Positions 56,720 to 64,000 of a DNA stretch of 64,000 nt are shown here, piece after piece. The notes beneath the pieces are model-generated. The model saw only the letters and a program-made list of their open reading frames with translations. It ran no database searches and had not been told where the DNA came from. The position numbers were made by a program, and so were the translations under genes. The stretch spans positions 1 through 64,000 of the IMG/VR virus record IMGVR_UViG_3300049044_000033; one strand, given 5' to 3'. Within the stretch, counting starts at the first letter, position 1. Each line of letters begins with the position of its first letter. Source of the DNA: a virus (taxonomy: Duplodnaviria > Heunggongvirae > Uroviricota > Caudoviricetes).

Positions 56720-56983
56720 TTAGGAGTAGATTAATTGTACCTGGATGGCTTCTTTCCGTTCAAGCCAAACAGTTAAGGCCCATTTAGTAAGACCCGAAGT
56801 GCTCCACTGAACTTCGCTCCATTGGCAGTACGACTGGGGAAATCGTCTTGACAGGTCTTGCTCTAGGAGCAAGATGTCTGCAAAGTCACCATGGAATATT
56901 GAGAAATAGGGCTTTTCAGCTTCTTCGAAGCCCCAATCCTCTGGATCAAACTTACCAACAACTATGAGGCTAACCTCAGTCAT
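56720..56983 (-). CDS. Hypothetical protein (possible very divergent FKLxWGG member)
   Basis: Ends VWLERKEAIQVQLIY. Confidence 0.55.
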   Translation of the reverse strand: MTEVSLIVVGKFDPEDWGFEEAEKPYFSIFHGDFADILLLEQDLSRRFPQSYCQWSEVQWSTSGLTKWALTVWLERKEAIQVQLIYS

Positions 56984-57786
56984 ACCTTGCTGTTCTTGCC
57001 TTGCTTCCTAAATGACCATTTGTCCATTCCATGCTTGGCTAGCTTGATCTTGTCATCAGTGATCTCAACCGTGTTGGGGCCTTTACTCGATAGAGTTCCA
57101 CCTACCCACATGGACAGTTCCTGAAAGGCAGTCACCGGGTCAACAGCAGACTGGAAACCAATCGACTTGAGACCATCGCAATTGATCCGCCAACCGGAGT
57201 CTAAGGCTTTGTAATCATCGGAATTGTAAGGGCCATTTGAATGAACTTCAGGCTCTTTCTTCCACGCGATTGCGATACCCATTTCGATATGGGTTTGAAT
57301 GCGAGAATCTGAGCCAATCTCACCTACCTTGAATAAATCCTCAAGAGTTTTATGTCCATATTGGCCCGGTGAAGCAATAAGATTCTTCTCTGCTGCCCAC
57401 TTCTCTAGACGACTTGCGGTCCAGAAGTTGACAACTTCCTTTTCTAGATAGTTTCGTCCGTCTCTGATCCTGACTGTGAAACCTTTGTAGACTTTGCCAC
57501 AGAACAGAACGGCATGACCCTCTATTGTGTATTCGTCGCCGTAGAGTTTATCGTTCTTGTCCCACATGGTTCGGTAACTGGAAACCGAGGGACAACGCCA
57601 TCCTTTTGGTGGATCTTGTGGCTTTTCGATATTCTCAGAAAGAGTAAGGATAGAAGCGCTCCAGGTCCCCATCTTCTCGGCGTCGCCTCGGGTTACAACG
57701 CGATTGTCCCGCACGAATGTGATACCTGGGTCAATACCGTAGGCGGATGCGCTGTCGTAGTAATCTTTGCCGCCAACGATTCTCAT
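56980..57786 (-). CDS. Conserved phage hypothetical protein
   Basis: MRIVGGKDYYD...FQELSM...KHGMDKWSFRK. Confidence 0.75.
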   Translation of the reverse strand: MRIVGGKDYYDSASAYGIDPGITFVRDNRVVTRGDAEKMGTWSASILTLSENIEKPQDPPKGWRCPSVSSYRTMWDKNDKLYGDEYTIEGHAVLFCGKVYKGFTVRIRDGRNYLEKEVVNFWTASRLEKWAAEKNLIASPGQYGHKTLEDLFKVGEIGSDSRIQTHIEMGIAIAWKKEPEVHSNGPYNSDDYKALDSGWRINCDGLKSIGFQSAVDPVTAFQELSMWVGGTLSSKGPNTVEITDDKIKLAKHGMDKWSFRKQGKNSKV

Positions 57787-58325
57787 AGACCCTCCGAGAG
57801 TTCCAAATACCTAGCCTCAGAAATACCTAAAGTATTGAGCCAATACTTGAAGTAGAAGTCCAGTTCAAGACTATTCGCATGAGTATCTTTGTGGTAGCGA
57901 AGGAAGTCTTTGCGGTTCTGGACCTTATCTGCGACCAACATTTCATTCACAGCCTTCAGTGGACTGAGCTTGATCATATGCGCGGGATAGATGTCCCAAC
58001 GTGGATTCCCTGAGGTACCACCTACTTGCTCCTTGACGATCTTTGGAGACAAGAAGCCATTCGCAATGTTGCGATATTCCATCGCGTAGAGGACGACCAA
58101 GGGATGGAGGTCATCACACTCAAAGAAGTTCCGCTCTAGATCAGGATTAGCTTGGAAGAGTGGATGAACCGCGTAAGCTTCCATGACCACTTCATCCGAG
58201 CCGTAACGACGCAGAATCTCAATACCCTGATCGATGTGATCGATCAAAAGAACTTGGGAACGTTCAGCACGACGATCACCGTAGAAACGCTTGATCTTCT
58301 GGTAGCCGAGAGTTTCAGTAATCAT
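57783..58325 (-). CDS. Conserved phage hypothetical protein (possibly HD-like)
   Basis: IDHIDQG...HPLFQ...ADKVQNRKDF; coupled to gltX. Confidence 0.65.
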   Translation of the reverse strand: MITETLGYQKIKRFYGDRRAERSQVLLIDHIDQGIEILRRYGSDEVVMEAYAVHPLFQANPDLERNFFECDDLHPLVVLYAMEYRNIANGFLSPKIVKEQVGGTSGNPRWDIYPAHMIKLSPLKAVNEMLVADKVQNRKDFLRYHKDTHANSLELDFYFKYWLNTLGISEARYLELSEGL

Positions 58326-59716
58326 GTGAGATCCTTTATGCGAGCGAGGCTTTCATCTTTCCCGAGAAGATTCAAGACATCATAGATGGGAGGGCTGACC
58401 GTGCTACCTGTGAGAGCAATCCGAAGAGGCTCAACAACTTTACCCATCTTGAGGTCAAACTTCTCCATTGTCTTTTCAATGATCCTATGCTGCTGATCAG
58501 ACTCCCAGACGATCTCGCCTAGTTCCTTGTGGAAGAAGCGGAGGATATCCAAGGAGTCAACAGTCAACCTTGCCTCTGCCTTTTCCTCTAAGGCAATAGG
58601 TCGAGAAGCCCAGAGGAACATTGTTCCATCCGCAAGAGCGTTAATGTCAGAAGATCGCTCCCGTAGGGCGGGCATCGCAGTCAACAGCTTGTCAGCGTCG
58701 AAGACTACATTCCAGCTTAGTAGTTTCTCACAAGCCAGCTCACAGAGCTTCTCAGGGGAAGACTGACGGATGTAATGACCATTGATGCTAGCAAGCTTCT
58801 TCGCATCCAATCGGGCAGGATTGCGTTTGACATCCTTAATGTCAAACCATTCAATGGCCTGATCGAGGGAGAAAATCTCGTCATCACCGTGACCCCAACC
58901 TAGGCGCGCCAAGTAGTTGATCATTGCCTCAGGCAAAATACCGAGGTCATCCCGATAATCCTCAACAGCAGCCGCTCCAGTTCGCTTGCTGAGCTTCTTC
59001 CCTTGCTCATCATGGATGAGAGGTATGTGGGCATAGGTAGGACGCTCCCAACCCATCCCATCATAGATCGGAATCTGTCGGAAGGCATTATTGAGGTGGT
59101 CGTCACCTCGGATCACATGAGTAACGCCCATGTCGAAATCGTCAACCACGACGGCCAGCATGTAGGTCGGGGTGCCATCGCTTCGGAGAAGGATCATGTC
59201 ATCCAGCTCTTTATTCTGAACGGTGACCTTACCCTGAACGAGATCCTCGATAGTCGTCTCACCCTGACGAGGAGCCTTCAGCCTAATTGTAAATGGACGC
59301 TCATCAGAAGGGAGGTCTAGTGGCTTACAATCTCGATAGGGGGAATCATATCGAAAAGGCCCCTTGTTACCGCTGACGCTCCAGTCCTTGCGATAGACTT
59401 CCATCTGGTCAGGAGTTGTGAAATCCATGTAGGCATGGCCCTTACCAAGCAAATACATCGCAACAGCAATATGTCGCTCTGCTCGCCAGCTTTGGATGTA
59501 GACTTCTCCGTCATGTTTCAGACCAAGCCAATCCAAGCCGTTGTAGATTGCCTGAACTGCTTCTGGAGTATTGCGCGCTTTGTCTGTATCCTCGATGCGA
59601 AGGAGGAACTCGCCTCCCATCTTCTTCGCATAAAGGTAGTTGAATAGAGCCGTGCGAGCCCCTCCAATGTGGAGGTAGCCAGTAGGCGATGGAGCAAAGC
59701 GAGTCCTAATAGTCAT
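58322..59716 (-). CDS. gltX: Glutamate--tRNA ligase
   Basis: RFAPSPTGYLHIGG, LRIEDTD, VIRGDDH, KLSKR, LRIALTG anticodon domain; full length 464 aa. Confidence 0.97.
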   Translation of the reverse strand: MTIRTRFAPSPTGYLHIGGARTALFNYLYAKKMGGEFLLRIEDTDKARNTPEAVQAIYNGLDWLGLKHDGEVYIQSWRAERHIAVAMYLLGKGHAYMDFTTPDQMEVYRKDWSVSGNKGPFRYDSPYRDCKPLDLPSDERPFTIRLKAPRQGETTIEDLVQGKVTVQNKELDDMILLRSDGTPTYMLAVVVDDFDMGVTHVIRGDDHLNNAFRQIPIYDGMGWERPTYAHIPLIHDEQGKKLSKRTGAAAVEDYRDDLGILPEAMINYLARLGWGHGDDEIFSLDQAIEWFDIKDVKRNPARLDAKKLASINGHYIRQSSPEKLCELACEKLLSWNVVFDADKLLTAMPALRERSSDINALADGTMFLWASRPIALEEKAEARLTVDSLDILRFFHKELGEIVWESDQQHRIIEKTMEKFDLKMGKVVEPLRIALTGSTVSPPIYDVLNLLGKDESLARIKDLT

Positions 59717-59758
59717 AGGACTGCTATGTAGCCTAATTGGTAGGAAGTCTAGCCCTTT

Positions 59759-60001
59759 TTAGACTGGGGCAGTGATGAATAGGCCAGCAAAGATTAAGAG
59801 GGCGATCCCGCCTATAATTATCGCTTGAACCCTATTCATAATAGAATCATGGGCCTTGTGAGTATATCGACTAGCCTTCGTCAGTTTAGCAACCTGACGA
59901 CGTTCATACCAAAGGCCAAACACGATTGGCAGGGAGAATATTACCATCATGAGCAATATTCCGCCGAAGTTTAGAGCTGCCCAAAGGAGTCTATCAAGCA
60001 T
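59759..60001 (-). CDS. Small membrane protein
   Basis: Two hydrophobic helices. Confidence 0.65.
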   Translation of the reverse strand: MLDRLLWAALNFGGILLMMVIFSLPIVFGLWYERRQVAKLTKASRYTHKAHDSIMNRVQAIIIGGIALLIFAGLFITAPV

Positions 60002-60162
60002 CAGTTATTCCCTACCAGGCGACGACATTTAGCTGAGCGATATTCAGGAGGAGTGGCTTTACACTTTGATCTGAATACCGTGGCCGCATTCACGACAGGA
60101 ACAGCCGACACTGGCAAAGGTGTAAAGCTCAGGATCAAGATAGGGATGATTGCTTTAGGCAT
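60001..60162 (-). CDS. Small possibly secreted peptide
   Basis: MPKAIIPILILSF signal-like segment; TGATG coupled to the next gene. Confidence 0.4.
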   Translation of the reverse strand: MPKAIIPILILSFTPLPVSAVPVVNAATVFRSKCKATPPEYRSAKCRRLVGNN

Positions 60163-60463
60163 ATTTCCACACAATCTGGCCACAATATTCACCTGTGCCA
60201 TCAGGGTTCAATTTTACCGAACCAGTCTCAGTGGCAGGATATCTCCAAGCGGTCAAAGTACCTAAGACTGGACTGACTAAAAGAGGTGACCTCCAAGTTT
60301 TGCCTCGGACTGCTGACGTCACACCTTCTATGACAACAATCTTTCGACCTAGAAGTCGCCATATAAAGGTGTTGAAGCCGTCGCAGGTTTTAAAGAAAAG
60401 CCAAAACAACAAACAAGCCACAAAGGTGGCATAAGCGAAGACGATAATTTCCTGAGGTCTCAT
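60155..60463 (-). CDS. Membrane-anchored hypothetical protein
   Basis: N-terminal hydrophobic helix; ATGA coupled. Confidence 0.65.
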   Translation of the reverse strand: MRPQEIIVFAYATFVACLLFWLFFKTCDGFNTFIWRLLGRKIVVIEGVTSAVRGKTWRSPLLVSPVLGTLTAWRYPATETGSVKLNPDGTGEYCGQIVWKYA

Positions 60464-60843
60464 CGTGGAAGCGCCTTAGGCTTCTTGTCGTCACCGATAT
60501 GGACGAAGATATACTGGGCTTCGCAGACCTTAGTGGCTTCGCCTGTGCAACCTGCTAGGGCGTAGGTGCAGACCATCACATTCATCGAGGAGGAACCTTC
60601 CTTCACAATGTCTGCGTAGATCACTACCTCATCGCCTACTCGGACAGGTGCAAGGAATTTGAATCCCTCAACAGCAACCGTCACGGTTCGACCTCCGGCT
60701 CGACGCTTAGTGACAGCGCCAGCCGCGAGATCCATATGAGACATCAACCAACCACCGAAGATGTCTCCATCGGGATTAGTGTCACTGGGCATTGCGGTGA
60801 GAATGCGAACGGGGCGGCGCCCCTCTTTGTCAGCCTGTTCCAT
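60460..60843 (-). CDS. Acyl-CoA thioesterase (hotdog fold, YciA-like)
   Basis: MPSDTNPDGDIFGGWLMSHMDLAAG, TVAV..FKFLAPVRVGD, GSSSM. Confidence 0.92.
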   Translation of the reverse strand: MEQADKEGRRPVRILTAMPSDTNPDGDIFGGWLMSHMDLAAGAVTKRRAGGRTVTVAVEGFKFLAPVRVGDEVVIYADIVKEGSSSMNVMVCTYALAGCTGEATKVCEAQYIFVHIGDDKKPKALPR

Positions 60844-60876
60844 GCCACTTTATGGCATGGAATCCTAGGACTGTCA

Positions 60877-61059
60877 TTATTCTTTTCGGCTTTTCAGGTT
60901 GTCGTTGATCTCAATCAAATAAGCCACAACGATCATCAGAAGACCCATAATGATTCGATGAGTTGCAACCTGAATATCAATAATATTGGCAATTACTGCG
61001 AGGGCCATTACAACAGCAATAAGCCCGCCAACAACCTTCAAGGGTAAAGAAAACATCAT
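60877..61059 (-). CDS. Small membrane protein
   Basis: Two hydrophobic helices. Confidence 0.6.
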   Translation of the reverse strand: MMFSLPLKVVGGLIAVVMALAVIANIIDIQVATHRIIMGLLMIVVAYLIEINDNLKSRKE

Positions 61060-61388
61060 TCCCCGTACTTCTTTTTCAGGGCTGCTAGTAGGGCTCGTTC
61101 CTTGGCTTCGATTTCCTTCGGTGTCTTCGCTGCTCTCTCACCAGTAATGCCGGTGAGGAACATCAACAACCACATGAATACTGCCACACACGGAATGCTA
61201 ATCTTCATGAAGTCGGTCATTGCCTGAATATCAGCCGCTTGCTTGACCGACATAGGTTCGAGAAAGATTAGCTTTGGCAGAAGGATAGCCATAGCGTAAG
61301 AAACTGGAATGATGAGGAGTAGGAAGCGATTCGTAAACCAGGATCGACGAGTGCTCTCCTTCCAGCTTGGAACGTCATCGGGTCTCAT
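61056..61388 (-). CDS. Membrane protein
   Basis: Two hydrophobic helices. Confidence 0.65.
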   Translation of the reverse strand: MRPDDVPSWKESTRRSWFTNRFLLLIIPVSYAMAILLPKLIFLEPMSVKQAADIQAMTDFMKISIPCVAVFMWLLMFLTGITGERAAKTPKEIEAKERALLAALKKKYGE

Positions 61389-61594
61389 ACGTCAAATCCC
61401 ATATCCTTTAGCATTGCGAGAGGATTCCTACAAGGGAACCAGTCAACGCTTTTGTGCCCGGCAGCAATCTCTACCGCGTTTCGACGAGCAGCTTCTGCCT
61501 TTGCTTCCTCTTCAGTCAAATCAACCGCGTTGGAATCAAATGAACGTTTGGCATTCGGCGCGGAAGCCGACATTACGATCCAGTCTTTACTCAT
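61385..61594 (-). CDS. Hypothetical protein
   Basis: Coupled ORF. Confidence 0.6.
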   Translation of the reverse strand: MSKDWIVMSASAPNAKRSFDSNAVDLTEEEAKAEAARRNAVEIAAGHKSVDWFPCRNPLAMLKDMGFDV

Positions 61595-61598
61595 CGGT

Positions 61599-61967
61599 TC
61601 ATCCTTGCTTGAGCAGGACGCGATCGGCCAACTTTGCGAACATGAGCTGCTTCTGGAAGCTCTTCACAAAGTTGGGATAGATCTTTTCGATTTCAGGGTA
61701 CTGGTCACCCTCGCGGGCGCAGGAAACCCGCGCATAGCCGCGGCTCTTGACCTTAGCGCGCGATTTATCGTCCAGTTCACCCTCGACCCAACGACCCTCA
61801 TGAAGCTGGAATGTAAGGAACTTCTTGTCGTCTGAGGTAGCGCGGCGACCCCAAAAACTATAGAGCCGGCCCTCGACTTCAGCCCAACCCCAGATCTTAT
61901 CTGAGCCCCGCTTACCAGCCTTTGAATCCTGGCACCACAGGTATCCACGAATAGTGAAATTTGCCAT
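61599..61967 (-). CDS. WGR-domain-like protein
   Basis: SDKIWG...YSFWGRR...KVKSRGY; ATG 61967 after AAGGAG. Confidence 0.65.
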   Translation of the reverse strand: MANFTIRGYLWCQDSKAGKRGSDKIWGWAEVEGRLYSFWGRRATSDDKKFLTFQLHEGRWVEGELDDKSRAKVKSRGYARVSCAREGDQYPEIEKIYPNFVKSFQKQLMFAKLADRVLLKQG

Positions 61968-62021
61968 AACGATCTCCTTTCGCACATAGTTTAGCACAAA
62001 AGGAGAACTTGTCTACCATTT

Positions 62022-62330
62022 TTAGGCAGATGCTGCTACTTCTGATCTAGCCCGACGGATTGCATCAGCGACCTCCATGCCCTCAGCCTTGTAGCGTTTG
62101 ATCAAGTCGATCATCTGACTATCAGCTTTGACCGTGTAGGGCACGAATTCCTTGTATTCTACTTTGTGCTCACTTGCCCAAATCTTGGCGTGCTCTTCAG
62201 CATAGAACAAGTTGGGGAAGCTCGCAAAGTAAGCTTCCCGGTCGCCAAACCCGTCGGTGGTCGGGAAATACATAGTGGGGAGAAAGCGGCCGCCGTTAAC
62301 AACTTCGACCTTAACAAATGCCTTGCTCAT
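62022..62330 (-). CDS. Hypothetical protein
   Basis: AGGAG SD. Confidence 0.65.
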   Translation of the reverse strand: MSKAFVKVEVVNGGRFLPTMYFPTTDGFGDREAYFASFPNLFYAEEHAKIWASEHKVEYKEFVPYTVKADSQMIDLIKRYKAEGMEVADAIRRARSEVAASA

Positions 62331-62380
62331 TTCGATCTCCTGCTTCTGTTAATCACTAGATAACAGGATAGGTGAATAAG

Positions 62381-62590
62381 TCAACCAGTTTCTTCAAGTT
62401 CCCAGACTTGATTGCCCTCTGGGGCTTTGACATTGATCCGCTGCTGCTCAGTGAAATTATCCGTCCAAGCCTTTGTGGTTCGTCCTCGGCGCAGTCCGCC
62501 AGTCTGTTGATCAGTGGGACGGTATTTGCGAGTTCCCTTGCGGATGAATAAGCCAGTGTCATCTTCCATTATGACCACAATATTACTCAT
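62381..62590 (-). CDS. Hypothetical protein
   Basis: ATGA coupled. Confidence 0.6.
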   Translation of the reverse strand: MSNIVVIMEDDTGLFIRKGTRKYRPTDQQTGGLRRGRTTKAWTDNFTEQQRINVKAPEGNQVWELEETG

Positions 62591-62931
62591 ACGGCAATCT
62601 GTCCACTTCTTTCTAAATGGTATTTGGCGGCTTCGTCGAGACTTGATAGTCCCTTTACGTCGCCGGCTGCAACCGCATGAGTAATCTCAGGATAGACATC
62701 AGGATCATGCGACCACAGCTTAACAAAATAAATGCCGGGTTGCGAGTCTTCCACTACACCGTAGCCAGCTTCACCCATTCCAAGATTGACGACCACGAAG
62801 TCATTGACCTCATAGACAGTTGGGCTCTTGTCTTTTACCGCCTCAAACATCTCAGTCAATACTTCAAAGGGTAAGTCATAGCCACGATCCCAAAGAAAGG
62901 TTCTTGCGGCTTGGGTTCTCTCGTCCCTCAT
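62587..62931 (-). CDS. Hypothetical protein
   Basis: ATGA coupled; SH3/Tudor-like YEVNDFVVV...GVVE segment. Confidence 0.6.
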   Translation of the reverse strand: MRDERTQAARTFLWDRGYDLPFEVLTEMFEAVKDKSPTVYEVNDFVVVNLGMGEAGYGVVEDSQPGIYFVKLWSHDPDVYPEITHAVAAGDVKGLSSLDEAAKYHLERSGQIAV

Positions 62932-63119
62932 TTCTTTTCCTTCCATGCGTCACCATAGATTGGATGCTCCCACCAAGGACCAGCGTGGTACCAGGACTGA
63001 GCTTGGCGGCTGCGGTCGAGAATCTGCCTAATTTCATGGGATTCTCGTGAGTTGCCGAGGGTTAGAATATCACCCAATGCGGTAAAGATACTTAGAAAGC
63101 CTTCAATCAAGGCCCTCAT
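62928..63119 (-). CDS. Hypothetical protein
   Basis: ATGA coupled. Confidence 0.55.
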   Translation of the reverse strand: MRALIEGFLSIFTALGDILTLGNSRESHEIRQILDRSRQAQSWYHAGPWWEHPIYGDAWKEKK

Positions 63120-63343
63120 CGAGTCAGCTCAATAGCCAACTGGTCAGCGGTCATACCGCTGTCGTAGTCCAACCCAAGCTGATGGAGGCCACGATTGTGA
63201 AGGCGCATTCCGGCATCATGTTCACTCAGGCCGGTAAGTTCTTGGATTCGATCGTAAGCGAGAACGCGCCATTTTGTAAAGGACGTCTGCGCCTTGCCTT
63301 GATGGGGAGATTCGGCGTTGTGGATTTCCCAAATGTTAGCCAT
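63116..63343 (-). CDS. Hypothetical protein
   Basis: ATG 63343 after GAGGGG. Confidence 0.6.
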   Translation of the reverse strand: MANIWEIHNAESPHQGKAQTSFTKWRVLAYDRIQELTGLSEHDAGMRLHNRGLHQLGLDYDSGMTADQLAIELTR

Positions 63344-63620
63344 ATTTGCCCCTCTTGGATTTCCCAAACATCTTGTCGAAAATACCATCTTTACCGAAGG
63401 TCGACTCCATCGTTTCGTCGAACGCATCCATGCTTTTTAAGTTGCGAATTTCCTCAGAAAGTTCTCGCACCCGCTGATTTGACCTAGCGAGCTCCTCTTT
63501 TGCCCGCTGGCCGTCAACGAGCATATCATACACGGCTTTAAGCCATGCGCGCTTGACCTCGACTTTCTTTTCCTGATCGCCGAACGTAGCAGCTTTCAGG
63601 GTCGAGAGATCAATCTTCAC
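63336..63620 (-). CDS. Hypothetical coiled-coil protein
   Basis: GTG 63620 after GAGGAG. Confidence 0.6.
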   Translation of the reverse strand: MKIDLSTLKAATFGDQEKKVEVKRAWLKAVYDMLVDGQRAKEELARSNQRVRELSEEIRNLKSMDAFDETMESTFGKDGIFDKMFGKSKRGKYG

Positions 63621-63903
63621 TAGGCATCTCCTCGAGGAAGCCATCAGGGCGGATGATCCACTCCTTCACGATGCCGTCCTTGTTTTTCAGCCGCAAGATT
63701 GCGTCATACTCGCCGGTCATTTCGGCCAAGTCAGCAACTACCGCAAGCTGGATACAAGGCGCGTTGTCGAGGTCAGAAGCACTGACCTCGGGTTCACCTT
63801 CGTCGCGTGTCTCATTTGCGCAGTGGACCGCAACATCGAGCGCAGTTCTATCCAGACCCATTGCTTGACGCAGGGCATACATGGGAGGGATCTTGTCTGT
63901 CAT
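63610..63903 (-). CDS. Hypothetical protein
   Basis: ATGA coupled to an upstream partial ORF. Confidence 0.6.
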   Translation of the reverse strand: MTDKIPPMYALRQAMGLDRTALDVAVHCANETRDEGEPEVSASDLDNAPCIQLAVVADLAEMTGEYDAILRLKNKDGIVKEWIIRPDGFLEEMPSED

Positions 63904-64000
63904 TCGCCATACTCTCCGCGCAAAGCTGCAATTAGGTCTTTGAGGACTTCCTCAACGTCGTCGGCTTCCATGCCAGCTTCCAACATCGTTTCAGCAGCTT
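63900..64000 (-). CDS. Partial ORF (3' end)
   Basis: Reads ...AAETMLEAGMEADDVEEVLKDLIAALRGEYGE*. Confidence 0.5.
   Translation of the reverse strand, partial: AAETMLEAGMEADDVEEVLKDLIAALRGEYGE

Noticed and set aside
58322-60843. Host chromosomal DNA or a prophage boundary at gltX/thioesterase
   Set aside because: Both are overlap-coupled to phage-type hypotheticals; no integrase or att-like context seen
1-64000. Antisense and nested shadow ORFs in the ORF track (e.g. 1822-2319, 9110-9457, 56217-56723)
   Set aside because: They overlap well-supported genes and lack recognisable motifs
1-64000. tRNA or rRNA genes
   Set aside because: No cloverleaf or T-loop signature recognised by eye in intergenic gaps; tRNAscan-SE or ARAGORN would be needed to exclude them

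Overview
This window is a dense segment of a lytic jumbo myophage of the T4/RaK2-like superfamily. Markers are PhoH, dCMP deaminase, gp44-like clamp loader, GroES, a DnaE fragment, MazG, T4-type TAAATA late promoters and baseplate/fiber genes. The host is probably an alphaproteobacterium: the phage GltX looks Sphingomonadales-like, and there are TTGAC-N16/18-TAnnnT promoters with apparently leaderless starts. Layout: 1-6.7 kb nucleotide metabolism/replication genes; 6.9-21.4 kb virion and fiber genes; 21.9-36.8 kb two convergent arrays of about 46 small paralogs flanking an M15A endolysin; 36.8-37.7 kb a non-coding region with 15 CTATAG palindromes (origin candidate); 38.1-50.9 kb tail fiber, baseplate and Ig/beta-propeller genes; 51-64 kb early accessory genes including gltX and an acyl-CoA thioesterase. 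Two candidate undescribed systems stand out. (1) A family of about 54 small genes ending in F-x-D-x3-A-x-L-F-K-L-x-W-G-G, mostly translationally coupled, whose conserved 3' DNA also provides SD-like and -35-like elements for the next gene. (2) Virion proteins in which a He_PIG-type Ig domain appears split over three gene products, suggesting a modular fiber built by donor-strand complementation. Late genes, including the endolysin and a putative holin, carry T4 gene e-style hairpins that would hide the ribosome binding site in read-through transcripts. All family calls are from motif recognition by eye; no searches were run.
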